Source: Phallusia mammillata (Eukaryota). From it: a stretch of 64,000 nucleotides of DNA. The stretch is from the NCBI GenBank assembly GCA_965637545.1, contig OZ281495.1:20026001-20090000 (forward strand), written 5' to 3'. The notes beneath the pieces were generated by a model. It was not told where the DNA came from, did no database searches, and worked only from the letters and a program-made list of their open reading frames with translations. The stretch's first letter is position 1. The number at the start of each line of letters is the position of its first letter. Positions 1 through 14,500 of this stretch are shown piece after piece. The position numbers and the translations under genes are program-made.

Positions 1-512
1 TTTAGCTAGAACATTGTTCAGTGGCACCCTAGGTGACAAATGTAAAAGAGTCCATTCCTGACCAATGTAAATCACTTGTATTTAAAAAAACTGCACAACA
101 AACAATTTTTTTCCTCACTGGACTATATAAGTTCCAGGTGAAGGGGTGAAAATGAGTAATCCCAACTAAACATACAAAATGCCTAAAAATACTATAAAAT
201 GCAAAAACCAACAAAGACACAAATTCCCAGGTTATTTATTTTAGCATTTGATGCATTTTTTCTAATTTCACAAACATTTTCCTGGAAAACCTTTTTCCAC
301 ACACAGCTTATGGTGTTAGCCTTATTTAACTTCTTATTTTTTTTGTGCATCAAAATAACTATGCAGCCCTTTGGACCTTTTTTAGTACTGCAAAACTTGC
401 ATTAACTAATATGGAAAGTATTATGTTTTTTGCTGACATCACCCCTTCAAGACATATGATGAGGAAGTAACAAACATCCTTTTGCAGTACCAATGAGCAA
501 GAGCTCACTTAC

Positions 513-1121
513 CGTTTTAAGCACAGTAAAGTTATTTCCGCTAAAATCAGCAGATCTTACATCTTCAGAAAATGAACTTGGAAGTTCAGTAATGCCTGTA
601 CAATTTAAGACGCTTTCTTTGCATTGACAATGGTCATTACTGCAACAAAAATGAAACATATTTCAATTGACATTTTGTAGGGAAAAAAAGTAAACCAATA
701 TTTAGTTTACTTTGCGTAGTGAAAAAAACAACATTGTATCACAATAAAACTAAAACAATAGATATATTTTCCATTGTACAGTTTAAAGCTATAAATTGGA
801 GATTAAACATTATTGGAAGGTTTGTCTTTTCATTGCAGGGCACTTTGTGACAAAAGACCATTTCAAACAACTTTCCCATGCAAGATTTTAAAGGCAAACT
901 ACACATGATAGGCTAAATTACACATAGTAAAACCATACTGCACATTATATTCAACAGCTTTAATCCTCATGATGTCAAGGAGTAAGAACGTGTCCCCGGA
1001 CTCATACGTCATCATCAACTTACCTTTTTGCATCCACACAGTCAGCAGTGGTTGTTGTTGGTTTCACAAAACAAGGATTAAATAATAGCACAAACAAACA
1101 CAATGAGCACTTTAAATACAT
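513..1121 (-). CDS. 5' coding exons of a secreted/membrane leucine-rich-repeat protein (signal peptide + LRRNT cap + first LRR); the rest was not traced and probably lies beyond the window start
   Basis: Exon 1121-1024 reads MYLKCSLCLFVLLFNPCFVKPTTTTADCVDAK and ends at a GTAAGT donor in phase 2. Exon 639-513 continues in frame as SNDHCQCKESVLNCTGITELPSSFSEDVRSADFSGNNFTVLKT, which fits the LRRNT pattern C..C.C....C and an LxxLxLxxNxF-like repeat. No convincing next exon was found in 1-512. Confidence 0.65.
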
Positions 1122-2310
1122 GATGAAAACTGTAAACTGTTGTAAAAATAAAACAATTTAATATCTATGGACAATTTGCCTAATAATCAACACTAAATAA
1201 AAATTAACTTTAAATTCCATATTTGCACGCAGAGTTTGCACCAGACCACAGTTGTACGATGTAGAGCAGTGTGTTTTTTTTTTATTTTTTAGTATTTGCG
1301 AAACTTTTAAACCATAATTGTGCAAGAAGCTGCAAAAACACATACATACTAATGATATTTATATGCATATACACAGTGTTTTTTTAAGGTGTTTTGATTT
1401 TTTCTCCAGCGGTTTCCCAAAATTTGAACTTGCAAGCAAATAAGCAAATATGGCTATTTTTTGGTATTTAAATGAAACACTTGCGGTCTCTTAAAACTAC
1501 TTAGCGGTCACCCAAACCAAACCTTAAAAAAAACCTGCATATACATATATATGAATTCTACAATGGCTTTCAAAAAGGTTTGACAAACAGATTATCCCCA
1601 ACAAGCAAGATGTGGCTCAAACAGCCAAGGTTACAAATCACAGAAAAATGATTTTACAAACAGAACATACGTGCATGGGGATAGTTTTTAACAAGAATGT
1701 ATTTGATAATAGCTGTAGTGTTTGCCCACTGTATTTTATTGTCAAAAAGGGAAAAAATCCAATTACCAAATATTCAACCAATTGCACACAGTTATAGTCG
1801 TCTTGAATAAAGTTAGATTTCTGTTAATTTCATGTGAACTTGTGCACAAATAATTTTCTGATGTCTGTTGCTATAAGTTTAACCTGGTGGTTCATTTCAA
1901 CAAGATTATTTTTACTGTCCTTTTACTTATAACAAACCCAGTTTTTTATTTGTAAAGGTAGACCTGTCGGCTTCCGGTTTGTTGTCTGAGAAGCCAGTAA
2001 AAAAAATCAAGGTACAAACAAGTCTTCATTTTGTCTTTTCTTCTTCGCAACTTCTTTTAACTGTGGTTTCCTTCACATAGTTTCAAGCGTGGTCATCGGA
2101 GCTAGGCTGACAACTTTAAACTTTCTGATAAAAGCGGTCATGAGACATTACATTACACCTGCGCCGAAGAAAGAAAGTGACGACAATCTCGACTCGTCTC
2201 TCAACGAAGCTGCGAGCTACACCACAAAAGCCATGACGTAATGCGGAATAGTCCACAAGAATCAACGAAAGTGAAAAACTGAATTGTGGCCGTAAAATGA
2301 ATTGTATAAG

Positions 2311-2670
2311 CAGGGTTCCCACCGACATGGAACTGGAAATAAGGACACACGAACAATTGGATTTCATATCAAACGAAACAGACGTTTTTGAACAAATCTT
2401 TGTATTTATTCGAACCTCGACATATCACATGTCATATTTTTTTGCCAGGAACAATCTGTTCCAACTCCTTGTTCGTAGAAAATACTTACAGCCCAGGTCT
2501 AGGTTTACTTTTAGGAGGGATTTGACTTGTAATTGTTAAAAATAAGACAAAATAAGGACTCAAGTCAAAAACAAGGACATTTCTTAAAAATAAGGACAAA
2601 AACATTTTCTAAGACATTGCCCTTCAAAATAAGGACAAATCTTCGAAATAAGGACAGTATGGCAACCCAG
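2311..2670. mobile_element. hAT-type MITE with internal AAATAAGGAC repeats
   Basis: Imperfect TIRs (CAGGGTTCCCAC / GTATGGCAACCCAG), an exact 8-bp TSD TGTATAAG on both sides, and several AAATAAGGAC subterminal repeats. Confidence 0.8.
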
Positions 2671-3883
2671 TGTATAAGTCTATTAGATAAAAGTTGCAGC
2701 AAAACAAGCAGTTCTAAAACAACCTGCACACATAACGTTGGAACTACGCAAACAACCTTCGCGTTGTTTTTGTTCCGCTGTCAGTGAAGTTTTTATACTG
2801 CGAAATCTACCACAACAAGAATAAATTTTAAATCCCAATTTTGCATTGTATTGCTGTCCCGATACAGTAATTACAGTTGTCCACTTGCAAAAATTTATGC
2901 CGAGAATGAATCAAACTAGCATGTAGCATCGGACAGTGCTGGCCTTCCTCCTCCTTCACCATCGACGATCCGTCTATGCAAGGAGTCGAACCGCTTGTCA
3001 TATGGGGACAGGGTTGGTTCGGGTTTACTATGTATTGTTTTTAGGTGTTGGGGTGTTGTTCCGGTTCGGGCAAATTAGCCGGTCCGAACCGGTTAAAATC
3101 TCCTTGTGTTTAATTTTAAATCTTTCCATTGCGAAATGACATTTGAAAGGGAATAGCGATGGCTAACATAACTTTAAAAAAATGATTTTAAGCAACAGCG
3201 CAACATTTTGCAATTTTTCACTTTTGGCACGCACTAGCCCAGGGTTGGGTAAACTACGGCCCGCCAAATGTTAGTAAATTTTAAAGGGAAAGTAACCGAG
3301 TAACGCTGACTAGTATTATGAGCGTAGGTGTAGAGTTTTAAAAGATACCGGAGTGCGACTTGATACCTATACCATGTGCAGTATCTGTATCCGTACCACA
3401 CTTTGCAACTAAACACAGATACTCTTTACGTGCTTTAGCCTGTTGTTTCTGCCACGTTATAATGCAAATCGTCACTTGACACAATTTCTTCGTTCGATAA
3501 AAGTAAAAGCGATTCACGTTTTCAAATACAGCCCATGCACTTTGCACTGTAGAGTGTAGACGACAAAACTTTGGTCACTTTGGATCAAGTTTAGGTCGTT
3601 GCAGTACTTTGCAAACGGACATTAAACACGGCTTTAGAATCGTTAACACAGACCCGCACAACACCTAAAGATGGATACTAAAAGCGACTCGCATTGTTTA
3701 ATGTTGGCGTAAGGAATCTATTAACAAAAAAACGTGGGGTAGCCTATGTTTGCAACAAATTCTTGTTCATTTTGAAACAACTACAATTGTTTCGTTTCAA
3801 CCAATGTTTGTCCAATCGTTGAAGTGACACCAACGTATTTGCACATAGCTGAAAATATGCTATGTTAATATTTTTGGCTAAAT

Positions 3884-4550
3884 CAGGGGTGTACAACCTG
3901 CGGCCGTATGGCCACATGCGGCCGCGGAGACTAGTTTGTGCGGATGTGACTATGCATATTTAAATACATGTACTGGCGGCCGTGACGTAACTAAAACTAT
4001 TTTGCCACATATTTTGATTTTCAAATTGTTGAAAACAGATTTTGTGAGACTGGAAAAAAGATTACCAGCCTAGTAACCACATGCGCCAGGGTTTTTATCC
4101 GCTTATTGTGTACAAAGAATACGAAAAATCAGGCACCGCTATCGTCACAATACAGATTATGACGTCATAAACAGTATGCTCCGTTCAGCTAAACTTATGC
4201 ACCAAGTTAGAAATTGGGTTCTTAACCAGAGGTGCGAGAACTGTTCTTAGGGCGGTGCGGAGATGCTGAATCATTAAAGTTGATTAGGTTTATTCTATAT
4301 AAATACAAAAACCCAGGGGAAAAAATACAAAAACCCATATATATAAATACAAAAATGAATACAAAAACCCAATAAGCATTTTAGGCGACTTTAAAGGGTA
4401 TATATATGATATAAACCTAATTCTTTACACCAGTTATTTTAAAACAAAAAACAAGCAAGCAATTGGCGGCCGTTGGGTAATGCTATGCGGCCCCATAAGA
4501 TTGAGAACTTTTGAATGCGACCCTTGCACTGAAAAGTTTGCCCACCCCTG
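3884..4550. mobile_element. hAT (Charlie/Buster-like) non-autonomous element
   Basis: Ends are CAGGGGTGTACAACCTGCGGCCG and AAGTTTGCCCACCCCTG, with GCGGCC subterminal motifs and internal AAATACAAAAACCC repeats. No matching TSD was seen. Confidence 0.65.
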
Positions 4551-4944
4551 CATGCACTATATAGCTGATAACTCGCGGTTTCTTGGGTAGCCTACGTTGT
4601 GCTGAAATTAATAATGTTTGTGATGGCAAAAAATACAGGTTGTATTTTTCCTGGTTTAGTTCCAGTTTTGGTTTTACCTGATGTTTTTTAAACCAACAAA
4701 AAGAAACTCGTTTGAAACCAAATGTGTTACCATGTATGGAACGACACAGGACCCTTTAGGCCTACGCAGGCGTATTGGAACACAACTGCATTTAGCACCC
4801 TTTTCCGAGACCTGTGTTTTTTTTTGTTTTTTTTTAAGAGTTTCGATCGAAACGTTCATTCACAAAAGTTTGATTGCAAGCCTGGCTGGAGAACTGACAC
4901 ACAAAGATGCAGACACGCATAAATTTGGGGTGCATCTAAAATAT

Positions 4945-5880
4945 ACAGGATCACTTGGTTCACTTGGATTGCTGGGATCGCTTGGATCACTTGGATCGCT
5001 TGGTGCATTATTCACACCGCTTGGAGCACCTTTATTTCACTTGGTGCACCTTTATATCACTTAGTGCATCTTAACATACTTTTGAGCACATTTATATCGC
5101 TTGGTTTACCCTTCTATCGCTCTGTGTACCTTTATTCCACTTGGTGCACCTTTATATCGCTCGGTGCACAATTTTGTAGCTCGGTGCTCATTTATATCAC
5201 TTGGTGCACCTTTACGTAACTAGATGTGTCTTTATACCGCTTGGTGCACCCTTACATCGCTTGATGCATCTTTATATCGCTTGATGCACCTTTATATCAC
5301 TTGATGCACCTTTATACAACTAGGTGTGCCTTTATATCGCTTGGTGCGCATTTATACAACTAGGTGCGCCTTAACGTCGCTTGGTGCACCTTTATATCGC
5401 TTGGTGCAGCTTTATACAACTATTAGGTGCACCTTAACGTCGCTTGGTGCACCTCTATATCTCTTGGTGCATCTTAATATCGCTTGGTGCACAATTTTGT
5501 TAATTAGAGCAGGGGTCGGCAACCTTTTTTGCACTGCGGACCGTTTTTGAAACTGAAATTTTATCGCGGACCGGTCTTCAAAAAACTACAAATATTTAGC
5601 AATGAAAACGCTTAAATTAGTTTATCATCCTCGGGATACATGGGAAAAATGTTTCAAAGCATTTAACCTGAAACATTATACGGCCCGGTAACGAACTCCT
5701 CGCGGACCGGTACCGGGCCGCGGACCGGCGGTTGCCGACCACTGAATTAGAGCACAATCGCTTGATGCACATTTGTATTGCGTGATGTACCTTTGTGCAA
5801 CGTGGTGCGCGTTTATACCACTTGGAACTTCGTATCGCTCGGTACACCTTTATATCGAAATAAACAATCACATTCACATG
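4945..5880 (+). repeat. Minisatellite array: 9-bp GGATCRCTT units, then 20-bp CGCTTGGTGCACCTTTATAT units (left arm)
   Basis: Read directly from the sequence. It also explains the frame-cycling ORFs such as LGAPLYRLVHLYIAWCTFIS. Confidence 0.9.
5510..5744. mobile_element. hAT MITE inserted into the left foldback arm
   Basis: TIRs CAGGGGTCGGCAACC / GGTTGCCGACCACTG and an exact 8-bp TSD AATTAGAG. Confidence 0.9.
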
Positions 5881-6299
5881 GATCGCTAGCTATCTGTTTC
5901 GTCCAGTACGATTTGCATTTTACTGCAGCACCATTTATATTATATGAACGAATTTTTTTTTGTAAAATAAACCCCCATGTATTTACGATAAGCTGATGCA
6001 AACAAGTATTACGAATTAAAAAACGAAAATCACACAAACACATCTGGAAGAACACATCTGGTTATATGCTAGGATTTGAACGCAAACGCACGTGGTTCAG
6101 GTCGAAATAGAAACAATAACATAACTTTAGATTTTGCAATTAAATGCATAGAATACAAATTAAGGTTTCTTGTCATATTGTCCAGTGGGGGTTTCCACAA
6201 AAAGTGTATACTACACAAAAAGGTACAAATATTAGATCATAATTTATTTTAAAACGATACAAAGGTTACTCAAGTAATATTTTGGTGTAACAAGCGACA

Positions 6300-6915
6300 A
6301 GGATATAGCAAGCTATATAAAGTGGTATAAATGTACACTAAGCGATGCAAGGGTAGCCTACACCAAGCGATATGAAGGTGCACCAAGTGATATAAAGGTG
6401 CACCTAGTTATATAAAGGTGCATCAAGCGATATAGAGGAGCACCAAGCGGTATAAAGGCGCACCAAGCGATATAAAGTTGCACCAAGTGATATAAACGTG
6501 CACCTAGTTATATAAAGGTGCATCCAGCGATATAAAGGTGCACCAAGCGATATAAAGGAGCACCAAGCGGTATAAAGGCGCACCAAGCGATATAAAGTTG
6601 CACCAAGTGATATAAAGATGCACCAAGTGATGCTAAGGTGCACCAAGATATAAAGGCACACCTAGTTGTATGAAGGCGCATCCAGCGATATAAAGGTGCA
6701 CCAAGCGAAATAAAGGTGCAGCAAGCGATATAAAGGTGCACCAAACGATATAATGGTGCACCAAGCGATATAAAGGTGCACCAAGCGATATAATGTTGCA
6801 CCAAGCGGTGTTGAGGTGGAACACGCGATATAAAGGTTGCACCAAGCGATCCAAGCGATCCAAGCAATCCAAGTGATCCAAGTGATCCAAGCGATCCAAG
6901 TGATCCAAGCGATCC
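6300..6915 (-). repeat. Minisatellite array (reverse complement of the 4945-5880 array; right arm)
   Basis: ATATAAAGGTGCACCAAGCG 20-mers followed by ATCCAAGYG 9-mers. Confidence 0.9.
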
Positions 6916-7185
6916 TGTATATTTTATATGCACCGATAAATTTGTCGTTTTGGTCACTTTCTCCACACCACTGCTGTTGTTCGAATGACATTTGAATGTA
7001 AATAGCGATGGCTAATAGCCCAGCTGCTTTTTCTTTGGAAAATCTTGAACACCTTACAAGCAGATTTAAGTGAGAGCTGAGAGTGAAAGAACACAAACCA
7101 ATATTCCGGTAGTTGCCAAGAAAAAAGGTTTCACGTATCCAAGCGGTGTGAATATAACTACACCACGCACTGCTGTGCACTTACG

Positions 7186-7222
7186 CGTTCTTTTTCTGCG
7201 GCCTATCGGTTTATTAGGATAG
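7186..7222 (+). promoter_or_regulatory. Probable non-coding first exon of UBA52 with a 5' TOP-like pyrimidine tract
   Basis: A GTTCTTTTTCTG tract at ~7187-7198, a GTGAGC donor at 7223 and a TTCAG acceptor at 7310, just before the ATG at 7317. TOP tracts are typical of ribosomal protein genes. Confidence 0.5.
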
Positions 7223-7265
7223 GTGAGCGTCTGTAAATTAACAATCTTTTTGTAATTCATTGTAA

Positions 7266-10621
<3,356 letters not shown>

Positions 10622-11533
10622 ACTAAGCTACGCAAGATGCGGTTTTTCATGAAATAAACCACAATTTGCATTTGCGTCTGTTGGTCTTTGTTACGAAACT
10701 GTCTATTAAGATCAGCGGTTCTCGAACTTCAAGTTTGTTGATATTTAAGATCACTTATTTTACAACCAAGGTGTGATTAATGTGACGATGGCAACTGGAA
10801 GAAGTAAAAAAGTGAGCTTGAGCGTTGTTATTTATAACCGTTGCTGTCTTTTTGCAATATATTCGAGGGTCTGTTTTGCCTGATGAAAGAAGACATAGCG
10901 ACCTGTACAAAACTAAATCAATCACAAAACCTGAAAAAACTGCGGATTAAGACGCTTCTGTATTTGCGCTGGTGTGCTGATGAACCATCTTGAGAATCGA
11001 TGGCCTAGTTAGAGTCCGGTTTTAGTCACCAATTTTTTTTGAAAAAATTGCTTTGAGAGTTATGCGTGCACATTTCGCCACACTTTTTGGAAACTATTTT
11101 TTGCTTTCTCAACGTTGCAAAGGTAAATTCTTGAATAAGTATTAAAATGCAAACGATAAGTAATTAGGCTATGAGTGAATTATAACTGACGCATTATCTT
11201 GCAGCAGTTATGCAAGCCGGTTATTGCAAAACAATAACTTTGTTTCTTATGTTAAGGGCGTTCTCGAGTGGCGAATTTAACCTACTATACGTGAAAAACC
11301 TTGCAAAATTACATACAACTTTAATAAACAACTGTGGTCATAAGAAAACGAGCATAAATTGAACGTGATCAAGTGTACAGCAAGATTCAACTTAAAGACA
11401 AAAATATAAAGTAAAAAAAACTCGGCAACAAGGCAACAATTAATAGCTGGCAACAGTTTGAAAAAAAAAACAGTCAGTGCTTTTTTTACTTTGAGATTAA
11501 ACGTGTGCGAAGCAACTAATAACAAAAACTAAG

Positions 11534-14500
11534 TTACGATTTGTGCTTGTGAGAATGTTCCTTGCACAGATCCCAATCACTCGAACTGTTTTTAGAAATC
11601 AATCCAAGATCCTTACCCATTTCTGACACAAAAGGTAGTCCTGGGACTTCCGAATTTAAACGGTTTCGATACTTGATCATGTCCACCAACAGCAACCGCC
11701 AATCTCGGTCGTCCAGGTTAAAACTGTCATATTTGTATCCGAAGAGTTCCTGTCCATAATAACTAGTTATGACGTTTGACACCCCCTTTCTGAGAGTCAC
11801 CTGAAACGGGTTCATAGAAGCGTTGCAGAATGGGGACAGAGGCATTTCTATTGCATGAAGAAGGTCTTCGGCTTTTTTCATCATTTTCTTTCTTGTTTTT
11901 GCAGCTTTAATTTTCTAAAAATCATTTTTAATGTGTTAATGTCAAATTTTCGAAACGTTTTGCACTAAGCGCTGTTTAAAAAGCCTTGTGTGCCGTTAAT
12001 TATCTGTTATATATCTTATGAAATGACGGTTGATCTGCACAAGGCTTTAGTAAGTTACATTTAGCCAATCTTTAGTATGACAAAGGAGTTAAAAGTTCAT
12101 TGGCCATGTTTTGGCGTACTTCCACCAAATTAATTACTTTACTGGATTACCTTTTATTCTGACTTAACAAAGCGACTTGTGTCATTGCTGTTAAACGCTT
12201 AGGCCAGGGGTGTCCAAAGTGCGGCCCGCGGCGGCATTTCAAGTGGCCCGCAGCTGTTTTTTTTTCAAATTGTACCCGCCACCGTCCGGATTAGGTGTTT
12301 ATGATTTGGCGACTTGCGACTTCACGCAAAAGCCTTCCATGGAACTTTTTCCCGGTAAAAAGGAAGTGTACATCGTTCTGACGCAACAAAATCCCACAAT
12401 TTCTTAAATCCCGTATATTTGTGTTCTAATTCTACAAACACGTTGGCCCGCGGGCGTCTTCACTTGGTAAAAATTGGCACCCCTGGCTTAGGCCTACATG
12501 TCTTACCGGTTTGTAACTATCGAAAATATATTCTTTGGTCCAGTCTTGAATTTGAAGTTCTTCTCTAAGCACACGATGCAAGGTGTAGATTCGATCAACT
12601 TGACTGTGATGAATCATAAAAGCCGGATCCCACGCTGCAAAGTCAACCGTCGTCATCCCGTAGCTACATCTATCTGTACCATTGCACAGACAGCCGTGAA
12701 CCTGAAAAACATTGACATAATCGTGATTGCCCTCTGTCGATTGTACTGAATTAAACTCGTCTTAATCTTTTTGATTATAATCGGTTCTTATGGAAAGTCT
12801 ACTAAAACAATAACTCACAACAGACAAGTTTGATACATACCGTTAGGTGGCGCAAAGACCATCCCCAAATATTTCAAACGCCATTTGTATAAAAATTAGC
12901 AGGAACTTTGCCGTATGGTCCGACGCGACTGACCCATGTACAGACAATAAAAAAGCTCGATTGGTATTTGTACCCGGGAGCGCAACCTAATCACTAAGTT
13001 TCTTACGTTAAACTTAGTTCTTAACCTTAACCCAGTCTCACTGTTAATTTAAATAACTGCGCTCTTCACGCCATCTATCGGTATTTATCAAACTATTCTG
13101 TTGTGATTTATTATTATTGTGTTAGTAGCTCTACCGGTTATTCTGGAATATTAAGGTGGTCAAAGTGGATGATTTCCTGACGAGTGGCGTTTACGGGCAA
13201 GATTTTTATGTCTTATAAAGTTCGTAAGTTTTGATAAATGTAAGATCAATTGAACTTTCAGTCTCCGGAGTTTTGTTGGAATTATTTTATCTCCTGAAGA
13301 GAATTAAATGCATTAAAAGTGTCTTGCACGCATAAAGTCTAAATGTACAATACAATCCGGCTTTGTCGTTCATTCTGTATGTGGATTTGAGAGATAGATT
13401 ACTGTAGATTAATTTCAATCTATTGAGTTTACTTGAGGCAGTCACTTGACATGGGAATCATCCTACAAATTCTTACCAACGTTGCTTATGTTAAAAGCTC
13501 ATTAAAAGTTACTTACAACATTGTGTGGCGTTATTTCAAAGTTGCGATCGAAGAACCGAAAACTATCCGAGGTCAAAGCTCTGATGACACCGCGTAAAAA
13601 ATATGCGTGTTGCCTCAATCCATCGTAACCAACTCTCCGTTGTGAGTAGCTGAGCAAGAAAATGGAACTATAAACAAACCCGCCACAATTATGATACCAT
13701 CACAATATCTCTTACGTAACCTACAAGATTATTTTTCAAAAGGCATTAAACTCCTAAAAATGTAAAATAACAAGAGATATGTGTTTTTTTTAAAAACTTA
13801 CAATGGTTCCCCATTAAAAAGTTTCAACGGTTTGTGGCCCCGAACAAGTGAACGGTAAAATGGATTTTCGACCGTAATATTTCTCTGTGTATCAAAAATG
13901 GTTTTGTTCCCAAGAAGAGGAGGTAGACCTTTCCAAATAGATTCCGTCCAGTCCCAGTAAGGAATACCGAGCGTCTTGTTACGCATATATTTGCTCAATC
14001 CTTTAAAAAATGTTTTAAATTTGTTTAACACCATTTTTATTCCCTAAAAAATATGCTACACCAGAAATTACGTTTGCAGAAAAGTTAAAATCATAAAAGT
14101 ACAAACCTCTTTCGAGCTGCACAACAATTAAGCGATGCCAGGCAGGAAATCTAACGTCCATATGGAAACTACAGTGTCCATTTTTATGACCTTTGTATTG
14201 TTTATTCCAATGACATCGAAATGGCCAACCATGCCAGCCCACCAAATTCTACAGAAATCACGTTGGTAAAATGATTTCTAACCAACCAAAAAACTTCAAC
14301 TTACATCGTGCCCACTAACTGAAAGATCGTTTTTGAACTTTGTCATTGCCTGCACCAAATCCTGAACTTCTTCGTCGCTGAGGTGTCGCACATTTTTTCG
14401 GATGAAGTAGTCTGATAACAAGTAAAAACTTACGACGTAAGCGGGAATACGAGATAAAAGTTAAACATCTACTAGATTAGAGCATTGGTTAATTTTTCAA

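Larger units (their letters stand above)
4921..6943. mobile_element. Foldback-like element: long inverted arms made of tandem repeats around an AT-rich spacer
   Basis: The left arm reads AAATTT..GGTGCATCTAAAATATACAGGATC, then 9-bp GGATCRCTT repeats, then a 20-bp array. The right arm is the mirror image, ending GATCCTGTATATTTTATATGCACCGATAAATTT. The spacer is ~5880-6290. Confidence 0.7.

Noticed and set aside
4945-6915. Regular 20-bp repeats as a possible CRISPR array
   Set aside because: The repeats are head-to-tail with no unique spacers, no cas genes are present and the context is eukaryotic.
4674-6966. ORFs with GSLGSLGSL or LGAPLYRLVHLYIAWCTFIS repeats
   Set aside because: They are translations of the 9-bp and 20-bp minisatellites. 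The same peptide cycles through all frames and both strands.
12838-12950. Possible extra exon inside the phenoloxidase gene (followed by a GTATGT donor)
   Set aside because: All frames hit stops or break the CuB junction. Exons 13649-13517 and 12701-12507 join directly to give HNVVH.
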